From Octopus vulgaris (taxonomy: Eukaryota): 64,000 nt of DNA. Below, one piece after another: positions 50,887-64,000 of this stretch (the first letter of the stretch is position 1; every line of letters starts with the position of its first letter). Where the stretch lies: NCBI GenBank assembly GCA_951406725.2, contig OX597827.1:21948001-22012000 (forward strand), given 5' to 3'. Under the pieces are notes generated by a model. That model saw nothing but the letters and a program-made list of their open reading frames with translations. It made no database searches and was not told the DNA's origin. The translations under genes and the position numbers were made by a program.

Positions 50887-52935
50887 TATAGGAGCAAGAT
50901 ATCTCTCTATAACTCACTGACATTTAGCATCTCAGACTGCCACTTGCACTCACTTCACTTGTTTTAGTTTCCCTCAATCAGTATGATCTTGCTGTGAAAC
51001 ACATTTCATTTTTATTGCATGTGAGATTACAGGGCTATTTCCTTACCGACAATTTTTAGAATGACCTTATTTGTATGAAGATTCAGATGTTTGCAGCATT
51101 CTCAGGAGATTAAGGAATGAAATGAAAATTGTAAGCTTTAAACAATCATTCTTGCTTGCATCACTTACACAATTTTTAAATAAAAAATTTAGATAAGTTT
51201 TCTTCATAACTTGCATATAATATTTCAAAACGTATCCAAAGATAATTCAAGAGAAGCAAGTTTGAATTAAGTGAATGATTAGAAACATGTAACTTGGAGT
51301 ACTGGAATTATGCGACTTTCAGTTAATGTTATTATATATGTTTATATGAAGTTAAATATATGGCCAGTCATAGAGTGACCAATGATTTTGCATCCATAAA
51401 GCGCTTACCTTTATAGACTCATTGGCCACAGGCATATAATCTCTCTTCATACTGGAGATAGAAAGCCATTATGATCAGTTAATTTATAAACAGAAGAATA
51501 ATATATTCTATCTGAGCCTTAAACGGATGAGTTAGAGTGGTGCAGTTGGCAAATTTTAAAGACTTGCTGGACCTGGAATCTTTCTTAAACTCAAGACATG
51601 AGATCTATAGCCCCTGCCCCCATTTCAAATGCTACCTGCTGCAGGCGTTGGATTCCCTGTTCATCAATTAGTGCTATAAAAAGTACTTGCGAACTGGAAC
51701 TGGCCTATGGACAGAGATTCTCTGTTCACCCTTTAGGTCCATAAGATTTGTCAACCAGACCAATCTAAACGCATAGCTCACCATCATCATTTTATATCTG
51801 TTCTTGCTGACATGAGTAGCACAGTTCAACAGTTCAGCAGGATTCAATGAGTTGAAGAACTACATCTTGTTTCAATTGTCATTTTTGACATGATTTCAGT
51901 AGTTTGATTCCCTTTTTATCCCCAACCACTATACAGAGTGTTCTAGATGTGTTTTTGTCATGGCACCAGCACTATAGAGGTTACCTTGCCATCAACAAGG
52001 TAAGCACCCTCTCAAGCCCTACCTTGTCACTGATGAAATCAATTAGAAACGACTTATAGATTGTACTGGGTGTGGCACCTGCACTGTTCTTCAACTTATA
52101 AATGAAAAGGCAGCCCTGACAATGGATGGCACAGATTCATTGTGAAAAGATGATAGTGCAAAAAAGAAGAAGGAAGAGTGTTGGGTGGGGAGTAAAAGGT
52201 GTAGAAAAGAGAGGAAGGAGAAGAGTAATGGCAGAAATTAACAAGAAGGAGATGGGGAAGACAAAGTGGTGATGGGATAGGGAGGTTTGGTGGTCAGTCT
52301 GCCTTCCAAACCAGAATTGATTGGATTGTTTGTTAGGATCCAAGATAGTTCTTATCGGGAGTTACACAGGTTTATTTTTGTGAGAGGGCATTAGGGGGAC
52401 TAACAGTATTAGAAATGGGGGTAACAGGAGGTAAAGGGAAACGTAGTATGTTGTGAGGGTTATTAAGAAAAGTTAAGGAAGAGAGTAGGAAGCTTGTGTA
52501 AGAGATGACACAATGCTACCTGAGTAAAATGGTGGACGAAGGAAAGACAAAATGGAAGGGAGTAATAAGGGAAGGGGAAGACGGTGTCCGAGGGTTAGTG
52601 AGAGAATGAGTTAAGGATAAGGCTTTTGTTATGGTTTTGAGAACTATAATAAATAGAAGGATGCTGAGAAGTGATCCCTCATGTACCCCAAACTGTGCAC
52701 TAAATTCATCACTGAGCTATGCCCCCTTATAGGCATTCTCCAGATCAAAAATGCTAAGTGTAGAGGCTTATTCCTGACCACGTATTTCCCTTGCAGTTGT
52801 CTCACAACAAATACAACATTAGTAATGTCTTTTCAAGAGACAGAACCAAGCTGCACATCATTCAGATGAATCCGGTTCTGAATCAACTTTGCAATAATTT
52901 TTTTTATACCTCTCATAACGTTTGTCTAGTTTGAT

Positions 52936-53608
<673 letters not shown>

Positions 53609-53889
53609 TATATTATATAGAGGGCATTATTACACATTAATGCCACATGCTAGGAGGGACCTTCAAGGTCAAAACTACCAAAAATAAACGGATCGTACCG
53701 TATTGACCTTGAAGGTCCATCCTAGTGTGTGGCATTAATGTGTAATAATGCCCTCTATATAATATAAATAAATATTTTGAAGTGAAAAAAATTTTCAGAT
53801 TTTTTCTCTTATGAGGTTTTTCATGCTAACTACCTGATAATTTCTTGTTAAGATTTCTTTTCAAGATTTTATCCTTAATTGTTAAATTT
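53609..53889 (+). mobile_element. (TA)n-embedded fold-back insert; IR 53609-53672 / 53703-53766
   Basis: TATATAGAGGGCATTATTACACATTAATGCCACA...GGACCTTCAAGGTCAA versus its reverse complement. Confidence 0.75.
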
Positions 53890-53900
53890 ATATATATTTG

Positions 53901-53931
<31 letters not shown>

Positions 53932-56831
53932 TGGTGTATATATATATATATTATGTATGTATATATATATTTGTATATATATATATTTGTATACACACAC
54001 ATATATATATTTATACTCCATGACTGAAGATAACCTTCCAGATTTTCTGCTGAGGAATTTTTCTTTCCTACAAATCCAAATAACTGCTGTTCACTAGAAT
54101 GGTACCTGAAGCAAATGCCTGGATTGTCTGATACCATTTCACTTTGTGTGTATGTGTGTGTGCATGTATGTGTTCTATTAAAAAGGCATATGTATGTATG
54201 TATGTATATATATATATATATTTTTATATATGCATGTGTTTCTGTCTTTGTTAGTGCATTATGTATATAAACAATTGAAGTGTGTAGATATGTGTGTGTG
54301 TCTGCAAGAGAGAGTATCTGTATAACGGTTAACTGGTTGAGTGTAATGGTGTGAATGTGTATGAATGTAGCTGTGTCTAGCTTTTAATAGTCATCAAATG
54401 GCAGCACTGCAGCTATTGTGCCAGTCCGTTTTCCAGTATGAACCTGCCAGCACAACCAACCTCCCTCATACCACTACTCTGTAGCAGAGTGGACGGACCA
54501 CAATTAGTGGTGCAAGTCTAATATGGAGAGACGGGATGGAAAACACACCGAGTCACATTAAGCTGGAAGTTGTACATATTAATGGATTTTGCTTGTGGAG
54601 TTGGAATCCTTTTTAGCTATAGGCTAGCCTTGATCATTTAATCAAAAACTTTCCAACCATGCCCATCCCACATTTTTCCAATGTGTCGTGAACCCAAGAC
54701 CCTCATCACCTAGTGTGTCCATTTCGAAGATGGTGGGGCTTGATTTAAGGGCGACTTGGCTGTTATTTCTAGCAAATTGATTGAATATATTGATAGTCAT
54801 TATTGTTGTTTAACCCTGGGTCAGTGCTGATTGAGTAGACCCATCATCACTGATACTCCAACTTTGATAATCCTTGCATTATCCAATACTTATTTTGTTC
54901 TTTAGATGAGTGTGTGTAATTTGGATGCTATATCTTCTAGTTTGAGTAATCACACACAGTCTCCCTTGTTGGTTTATAGTGGAGGTGATGGTGGTGTTGT
55001 GTTGTCCTATGGCATGTAAGTAGTTGGCCAAACAACAAGCTATGACCCACAGATCTATATTCCGAGTTATATTTGAGTCATGCTAAGGACCCAGCTAGAC
55101 TCTTTGGGACATGCAATGATAAATTATACAAGGTACAGTAAGACACTTTGGACATGCTACACTCTTCCCTTTTATCTGTCTACTTTCTGTATTCCTGCCA
55201 GTTCTGTTAGTGGTGCCCCCTGTATTGACAGGCAAAGCAGATTCAGTCAGAATGCAACAACTGCTCTTCCTGTGCCCCTTGTTTTGGTTTTTGTATACCT
55301 CAGCAGTTTGGAGGTTCACTAAGATTACAGTTATTACAATTATTTCTGTGTCTCTCTTTGTCAGGGTTGAGTAAGAGAGAGAGAGATGATGTTTGTAGGA
55401 TGGTATTGTAGCTGGCAGAAACGTTAGCACGCCGGACAAAATGCTTAGCGTCTGCCATTACGTTCTGAGTTCAAATTCCGCCGAGGTCGACTTTGCCTTT
55501 CATCCTTTCTAGGTCGATAAATTAAGTACCAGTAACGCACTGAGGTCGATGTAATCGACTTAATCCGTTTGTCTGTCCTTGTTTGTCCTCTCTGTGTTTA
55601 GCCCATTGTGGGTAGTAAAGAAATAGGTACCGTAGTCATGCTTTAGGCTATTAAATATGTCTGGTATTTGAATATATCTGGGAATTTGGAAGTGGTTTTT
55701 TTTTTTTCTCAATGTAGTGACAGGAACCGGAGAGGGTGAAGTTTGTTATGACAGCAGTGTTCGTTTCACGTCCAGTTTGTCTTCCATTTTACGTATTTTC
55801 ATTGTGTTTTGGATGTGGTTTATGGAGCTGATCTGTGTAGAACCTGTGAGACGAAGCATCATGCACTGTCTCGTGTCCTTTGTATTTTATTGTGGTTTAT
55901 AATGGAGAGATTAGGGGCCCAGGTAGGACTGGTATAGTCCAGGAAGGATCAAACATATTGTTTGTATTATTGTTTCTTTCTGTTGGCCAAATGTAGGGAG
56001 TTAGTATTGCTCCTTTAAGAAGTATGTCTCTTATTTAGCTTCCTTTCATATGTCCTCTTATGTAGCAGGGTTGTATGTAAGTCTTAGCGTTGTTGTCTTC
56101 TGTTTGCTTTTGTCATTGGTGCCGCTAATGCTCTTGCATTAGTGTTGTTATTATTGTACTGTTTTTGCTGTGCTGTTGCTGTTGTTGTTGTTGTGCTGTT
56201 GTTGTTGGTGGTGTTATTTAACAGCAGATTAACCCAGTTGCATCAGGCCTATTATCAACCGACGTCCCTGCTGCGTTCCAGCTCATTTTTTATTCAGACG
56301 TTTCTATCCTTTGATGTTTGTTTTTTTTATAGCTTTGGATATTATTTGATGTAAATTTGGCTGATATTTCTAGCAGATCAATGAAACTGCAAACAGACTC
56401 ATTCACTTGCTGGTGGGATAGAGGGATCGGGGTAGGAAGGGTGTTGTTGATGTTGCAGTTAGTATCCGTGTTGTTACTGCTAATGTTCTTAATCATTGAT
56501 TTTTTTTTATTGTTATTAAATAGTAATAGTGGTGGTGGTGGTGGTGGTAGTAGTGTTTACTTCGGCCAACCTATATCTCCACCACCTTTATTGCCATCGT
56601 TCTGTAATCCTAGCTAAGTGTATTAATACATTCTGCTGCAGTAAACACTACAACAACAACAACAACAGCAGCAACAACCATCTTTTCACACCTCTCTCTT
56701 TCTCTCTCTCCCTCTTCCCCCTCTTTCCCTCTTGCTCTCCCTTTCCGTCTCTCTCTCTCTCTCTTTTACACACACACACACACACATGTCAGCAGAAGTG
56801 ATTGAAAACAGCGAGCACATAGGTAACCGTG

Positions 56832-57173
56832 ATGGATTTGACTAAAATGTGGTGTGGTTTCCCCATCTCCAAATGCTGTCCTCTAACCCCTGTCTGCCGG
56901 TGTGTCTCACAATTGAGGAGCGTCTACACATGGACAATTTCCAAAGTGAATATTCTTCAATTATTATTAATATTTATTATTGTTGTTCTTGTTCTTGTAA
57001 TGAGGATGAATTTTCTTTTACACTTTTCTTTAACACTGAAAAAAGAAAAAGACCCAAAAATATTCCAGGTTGTCCCTGCTTATATTATACAAATGGTCCC
57101 CTTTTTTTTGAAGATGCTAACATGTGGTTTGAAAGGTTTTTCAATTGCTGTTTCTACAAGGTCAAATAACCAG
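56832..57173 (+). CDS. Candidate alternative first coding exon with a hydrophobic segment
   Basis: ATG-initiated 114 codons containing ILQLLLIFIIVVLVLVM, ending at the phase-0 donor CAG|GTGAAG; preceded by (CT)n/(CA)n. Confidence 0.3.
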
Positions 57174-57457
57174 GTGAAGGCTTGCCTATTGGTAGGGCAG
57201 TATGTGATGGTGGTGGTGGTGGTGAGGTTGGAGTGTGGCAATGTGGTGGGGCTGGTCTGTAGCCCCAATTCATTGATAAAGCAAACATATACTACATATG
57301 TGGTGGCAGCAACCATAGGTCTAATATACACATCCACTCTATACATACATGTATACATATGTGTGTGTGTGTGTGTGAGTACATGCGCATATGCGTGCAC
57401 ACACACACATTTATATATATTATATATAGAAATATATATACAACATATATATATATA

Positions 57458-57502
<45 letters not shown>

Positions 57503-59129
57503 TTAAGTCCAGGGGTTGATTTGTTCGACTAGATAGCGGTGCTCCAGCATGGCTGGAGTCAAATGACTGAAGCAAGTAAAAGAGAATATGATCAATGATT
57601 TACTGTGCTCAAGAAAACACGTCTATCTAAACAAAAATGTGGCCCTACTCAGTGTTATTTCATACGACTTTATTTTCCACTGAATGCTCCTTTTCTCACC
57701 TATGCCCTTTCATTTTGCCAATGGCAGCCCTCCATCATTACCACTGTTTTGTCTCCCACTATTTCCACCTGTCTGTACTTCTGTTTTTGTCCCTGGCACT
57801 GCACATCTCTCTTACCCCTACCCCACACACTTTACATCATCTGTGCTGCCACCTATCACCTCCCTGACCCACTCCCTCCTCCTCTACCTCCCCCTCCAAT
57901 TGACATTCACGATCCGCCATGCTTCCATCCATGCTTACCATTCACTGCATTCCCTTTTGGCCATCTCCCAATCTTCGTTCACACTCCCATGAGTTTACTT
58001 CCCCACCCACTACCCCTGCCCAATCCTCTCTCTCACTTCTCACATTCCTGAACTTAAGGATACACCTTCACACATCCTCACCACCCTTCTCTTTCTCTTT
58101 TCCAATGTGGTTACCCATGTAGCTCCCCTACAGCAAGATAGCTGTGCCCATCTGTCTCTGTCATACTTTAACCTCTTATCACTTGGCATAAAGCTGCACC
58201 CCTTAATACTGCTCAGTTGAGGGGTTTTGTCTTCCAAGCTACTAGTATATACACACACACACGTGTTAGCCTTCTAATAGTTACAGTTTTTACAAGGGAG
58301 ATAATCATTTTCTTTCAGTATAAAAGAAATTTGAAGTGGAAATTAAGCAATTATAAGGAAAAGGTACATAGAATTCACATAGACATCTATTTTTTACTTA
58401 GTAAAATGTTCTTAATATTTCTAGTTGTTGGCAATCATGTACAACACTATTTCATTCTTTTTAGAAATCTTCAGCTTAATATAACCTGAAATGTTTTATG
58501 AAATGAGACATTTTATTTCAGATGGAAATAATTACAGTTTGAAGTAAATTCATGAAATTTTTCATCTGTTTATTTGGAAGAATGTTAGTAGATTAGAAAT
58601 TGAAAGAATAGATAGGAAGTTCTTTGTGTTAACATACAGAGTAATAACTGTTTCCCTTGTGAAAATGTCTCAGGCAATAATTTTAGTTTTTGCTACAAAC
58701 AACATCACAAGTTCTTTTTAATGCATTCTTTAAAGCGTAGACAACATAAGTCTCAAGATGTTATTTTGTAGTGATGTTCCATTGTGTACAGTAGAACAGA
58801 CTTTATCTGTTCACAAGTACAAAAGCCTTGACCGTCAGAAAAAGTTTCAAGCGGTTTTTCCCAAATCACAACTGAAAATTTCCAAACATGTAATCCCGCT
58901 CACTGTTACAGCTATTATACGTGGGCAGTAATTATCTCATCATAGTTCGAAACAGGATTAGCATTCATACATATGTATATATATATAGAGAGAGAGAAAG
59001 AGAGAGAGAGAGGGAGGGAAGAGAATGGTATAGATGGTCAAGGCGGCGAGCTGGCAGAATCGTTAGCACGCCGGGCGAAATGCTCAGCGGTATTTTGTCA
59101 GCCGCAACATTCTCAGTTCAAATTCCGCA

Positions 59130-59395
59130 TATTTTTAAAAATCTGAAGATTAAAAATTGTTTTACATACAAAATTTAAAGGACTGACCACTAAAAGTGTA
59201 AAAATAAGCAAGACACATGAAAATATACGAAATAAAAAACGATTACCTATGTTCCAATTGGTTTCACTTGTTAATATTTGGTTTTTTGCTGAGATTTTTC
59301 TTGAGAACACATTCTTTATGGTAAATGGCGATTTGATGTCTATGTTTAGCATATAGGCTGTCCACTTTTAGTGGTCAGTCCTCTAAATTTTGTAT
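59130..59395 (-). mobile_element. Fold-back insert truncating a SINE B; IR 59166-59198 / 59363-59395; ends in (TA/TG)n
   Basis: ATACAAAATTTAAAGGACTGACCACTAAAAGTG / CACTTTTAGTGGTCAGTCCTCTAAATTTTGTAT. Confidence 0.7.
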
Positions 59396-59400
59396 ATATA

Positions 59401-59455
<55 letters not shown>

Positions 59456-60782
59456 ATGTATGTATAAAAAAGGATGCAGAATTTACATATTTAAGTTATT
59501 TTGTTTACTTAATGCAATATATATATATATATATTCCTTGCAATACCTTAAGTTTCATTACAACTTTCTAATCCTGCATCACACAAAGACAAAGTGATTG
59601 CCTCCCTTGTAATAACTGTTGCCATTAGTAGGATGACATATTTCTGTGTGTGTGTGTGTGTAGATAAATATTTGTATATATACTCCAATGTATGTGTGCA
59701 TATACACACACACATCAATTAACATTTATTTTCCATGCTGACATGTGTTGGTTGGTTTGAAAGGATCCAACAAGTTTCAGAACAGTCATCCCTCCCCACT
59801 CTCTGATCTATCCACAGATGTATGACACAGCTGTTCTCTACACCTCCTGTGCCCCTGCTTGTCACCTCTGCCTTCCTGGACCACTTCTATCCCCCTCGCC
59901 TCCCCCTTTCATGCGGATATTTCCCACCAACCACACTCCCACCCTTATTCATCACTCACTATATCCACCTCTAACCCTCTGTCATTCTCCTCCCACCTAC
60001 TTATCAAACTACCCACTCTTTCTTTCCTTCCTGTTTTCCTGTCTCTACTTTCTCGCACACTTGCTTTCTTATATACTCTGGGACCCAGCAGAGGAAATAT
60101 TATCTTACTTGGAAACAGGTGAAGATTGGTGACAGAAAGAGCATCCACCTCAACAAAGTACGTTTGACCCAATGCAAGCATGGAAACTGGCAGCACTGGA
60201 TGTTAAATTATGAAGATAACTTATGATGATTTTGTGTGTGTGTGTGTGTGTGTATCATCATCATCATCATCGTTTAACGTCAGTTTTCCATGCCAGCATG
60301 GGTTGGACGGTTCGACCGCGGTCTGGGAAGCCAGGAGGCTGCACCAGGCTCCAGTCTGATCTGGCAATGTTTCTACAGCTGGATGCCCTTCCTAATGCCA
60401 ACCACTCCGTGAGTGAAGTGGGTGCTTTTTACATGCCACCAGCACAGGGGCCAGGGTAAGCTGGCAGTGGCCACAAACAGTTGGTGCTTTTTACGTGCCA
60501 CTGGCATCGGCCATGTAACGGATGGTGCTTTTTACGTGCCACCAGCTCAGGTGCCAGGGTAGGCTGGCAACAGCCACGAATGGTTGGTGCTTTTTACATG
60601 CCACTGGCACAGAAGCCAGTCAAGAGTGCTGGCATCGGCCACATACGGATGGTGCTTTTTAGGTGCCAGGGTAGGCTGGCAAAGGCCATGAACGGTTGGT
60701 GCTTTTTACGTGCCACTGGCACGGAAGCCAGTCACAGCGGCACTGGCATCGGCCACGTACAGATGGGGCTTTTTACATGCCA

Positions 60783-60842
<60 letters not shown>

Positions 60843-61752
60843 TATAACACACACACACACACACTAGCAAATGCACCCATCCTTTGGATGGTTTAAGTTG
60901 CTCTGGTGGTATTTTTTTCACCAAATAATTGGAATACCGAGAAGGTTTGTGAGTAACATGGCAATCTATGTTTCCGATTGACCTAGGAACAGAAAACCAA
61001 ATTGAAGGCTGGTTATTGTGGAAGTAGTTTCACTTTAATGAACATAGAACATATAAGTTTGCAAGCGATGCAAAGTAGAGCTGCTGAAGTGTTTTGGGAG
61101 TAGATTATGGATAAAGACTACAAAATATAGTTGTTTTGCATGAAAGCGAAATATCTTGTCAGAAACAGCCACATAAATGGTGTAAGAAAATTGAAGGAAG
61201 ACATTGAAACTTCCCCTCTGCAAGTTTATGTTTTTTTTTAACAGCAAAGGGAGCTTTTTTTTTTTTTTTTATCGGAGAGTTAAGCTAACAAAAGCCCTTT
61301 TATTCTGTCTTCCCACATAGCGTGCACATAAACTAACAGTGAATGCTGCATAAAGTTAAATTGGTATGGAGATATCTGAAAAACATGTACAGCTTTTGCT
61401 AGTGGAAGCAAAACTCTTATTTAAAGGCTGATTCTTTAAGATGAATCATATGTGGTTATTTAAAAAAGGCTAGAATGACAATACTAAAATGTATTTGAAA
61501 CAACGGACAACAGTCGAAACATCATATTGGATGGGTAAATAAGCATCCTTAAAGTGAAACATCGAATTGGCAGGTAAACAAAGGTATCAACATATAGAAG
61601 AGAGGGAAGGGAACATCACCTTTCAAGTAACCTAGAATAGGTAATGGTAAACTTGCCAAAGTTTAAACCAGTTTAAATATGGAGATTAAGATTGTTTGGT
61701 ATTGGATATTCACCCCGTATAGTGTTCCTAGTCAATTTAACCACCGTCGCAG

Positions 61753-62215
61753 GTGGACAGTCGAAATAAATAAATAGACAAAATCCTTTCACTTTTATAA
61801 AAAGATTTTAAAAGTATGGAAGACCCTACATACAAAAAAAAACTGTGTCCATTTAGGTCCATTTACTTGGGAGCTCTGGGCAAAATGTTTAGTACATGAC
61901 CATCCTTGGGACATAAGTAATGTGTGTGTGTAAAGTTTGGTGAAAATTGGTTGAGAATTGTGGAAATGTATGCTTTCAGTGTTCCTAGTCATTTTAATCA
62001 CCATTGATGGTGGACAGTGGAAATAAATAAATAGACAAAATCCTTTCACTTTTATAAAAAGAAATTAAAGTATGGAAGACCCTACATACAAAAAAACCAT
62101 GTCTATTTATGTGGGAGCTCTGGGCAAAATGTTATAGTGCACAACCATTCTTGAGACACAAATAATGTGTGTGTAAAGTTTGGTGAAAATCAGTTGAAAA
62201 TTGTGGAAATGTATG
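61753..62215. repeat. ~256-bp tandem duplication
   Basis: GGTGGACAGT.GAAATAAATAAATAGACAAAATCCTTTCAC... at 61753 and 62009. Confidence 0.85.
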
Positions 62216-62946
62216 TGTTAGTCATTATATACACACATACTGTGATTTATATGTACTAAATGTATGGGGTAGGCATAGCTCTGTGGTTCAGAAGTTAACT
62301 TTGCAGTCTTTAGGTTCTGTCCCATTGTGTGGCACCTTGAGTAAGTATCTTCTGGCCTCAGGCTGACCAAACCTTTCTGAGTCAGTTTAGTGGATGGAAA
62401 CTAAGGGAAGTTGTAAATGATTGTCACTGTCATACAAGCATTGGCATTCATTGCCAGTATTCTGCCAGAGCATGTCTGGTCTTTGGGAAAATAATGCTGT
62501 GCTTGAAAACTGGTGGGAGTTAGCAACAGGAAGGGCATCTGGATGTAGAAAATCTGCCACAACAAACTCTGTCCAACCCATACAAGCATGGGAAAATGGA
62601 CCTAAAAGCAATGATATTGATGAGACACACACACATACATATATAGTGTATATACACACCTATGAATGTGTGTGTGTTAGTTGCTGTCTTTATCTTTTAC
62701 AGGATTACCTATCATTACTAAGTCTACACTGCGAGATGCAGGCAAAATTTAATGAACGAAACCAGATTATTACTGTCATTGTGTGTTTGTGTGTGTGTAT
62801 GTGTGTGTGATAGAAAATGACTCAAAATTTGGTCTGCATCCTTTTGTTTTCTCTCATCTGCATCTCATCATAGGGTGACAGGTAATCCTATAAAAGATAA
62901 AAAAAAAAAACAAGTAATGCTTACACAAATACGTACATATGCATGG

Positions 62947-62982
<36 letters not shown>

Positions 62983-63359
62983 CTCTTTTTTCTTACTCTG
63001 TTTCTCAACTTTAACCCCCGATAATCATCAGATTGTTCTGCTTTTCCACTGTTTTACTAATCTTCTTTATCCAGCAGCTGTTTGAAGCAGTTTTACTGAT
63101 TCTACAGTTTTATCACATATCCTTGAAGAAGTACATATTTTCAACACACACACACACACACATGTATTATATGTATGTATATGCATATGGTATGTACATG
63201 TGTATCTGTTTGTATATATATATATATATAAGATTGGAGCCTGGTGCAGCCATCTGGTTCACCAGTCCTCAGTCAAATCGTCCAACCCATGCTAGCATGG
63301 TAAGCAGACATTAAACAATTATGGTGATGATGATATATGTATATATATATATATATATA

Positions 63360-63915
63360 TAATGTCCATTATATGCAGTAGAAGCTGTATTAGATTAAAA
63401 TAGCCACGTGTGGATCATACTTAATGTAAATACATTGCAAAAAAAAAAAAAAAGCAACTTTATTGCTGTATTTATCTGGAGATCATATATTGAAAGGATA
63501 TGAAAACCTTCCCTGCAGTGGCAAGTGCAAATGCTAGATGCATTTCTGCCTTGTTGGGCTTTCATATTTTGCTTTCGACTATTTTGTGTATATCAAGTGT
63601 TTTAGGGTTTTTTCCCCCATTCTTCAGTTTTGCTTCAATACTGGAATGTTTTGATGAATAATGTTGTATGTTTCCATATTTCTTGTATTTATGTGTGGTG
63701 GGGTGGAATGCTTGTGTATTTTGCTTCAAAATAGAATATTTGTTTTATTTGAATTATTTTTGTCCTTCTTAATTCTTTAATGTCTATTGCTTTGACCCAT
63801 CCATTATCAATTAATCTTTTTGTGTAGTATCCTCCAAGTAGTATTTGATTTATTTCTTGGAGTCTTTTATTCTGAGTTTCAAAATTCAAAATATTTGTGT
63901 TTATGCTTCTTACTA
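63360..63915 (-). pseudogene. Internally deleted Neptune-type Penelope-like relic ending at (TA)n
   Basis: ETQNKRLQEINQILL..YY.KRLIDNG..KAIDIKELRR and RNMETYNIIHQNIPVLKQ resemble the PLE RT thumb/linker. Confidence 0.55.
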
Positions 63916-63921
63916 TGTTAA

Positions 63922-64000
63922 CCCTTTCGTAACCAACCCAGCTGAAATTGGTTCTGGCTCTGAATACAAATATTTTGTTTTCATAAGTTTTGAATTAAAA
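63922..64000. mobile_element. piggyBac-like MITE left end (runs off the window)
   Basis: TTAA|CCCTTTCG terminus. Confidence 0.4.

Noticed and set aside
54430-54570. Unique GC-richer stretch after a CAG acceptor, as an exon
   Set aside because: The frames examined close early and there is no convincing donor.
55630-56090. Further Neptune-like GIY-YIG relic (LTYNP, QTGR words on the minus strand)
   Set aside because: Too degenerate to support by eye; needs an HMM search.
62990-63036. Minus-strand CTGATGA...GAAACAGAGTA hammerhead candidate
   Set aside because: Helix I cannot pair and helix II is weak. 52030-52060 was rejected for the same reason.

Overview
AT-rich, microsatellite-saturated eukaryotic DNA. 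The repeat content (RTE LINEs with (GAT)n tails, three tRNA-derived SINE families, (TA)n/(CA)n arrays) is most consistent with an octopus/cephalopod genome; this assignment is an inference. There is no complete host gene, only candidate exons of a + strand gene (YY1-type start near 31745, exons at 46130 and 56832). Most long ORFs in the track are microsatellite artefacts. Real coding relics are RTE LINEs (one open 568-aa RT ORF with a PHD finger inside the RT), CR1-group and R4/Dong-like LINE fragments, a maT-like Tc1/mariner pseudogene and several Penelope-like (PLE) RT/GIY-YIG relics. There are also Merlin-like, Tc2, pogo, hAT, piggyBac and Helitron-like non-autonomous elements. The strongest unexplained pattern is at least 8 (TA)n-anchored fold-back inserts, with arms from about 30 bp to 1.6 kb. 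Several carry minimal type-I hammerhead ribozyme motifs, including a U3-A8 covariant core, and a further stand-alone motif has a 129-nt helix-II insert. Together these suggest a microsatellite-targeting PLE/retrozyme-like system that builds hairpin loci. All calls are by eye; no searches or folding were run.
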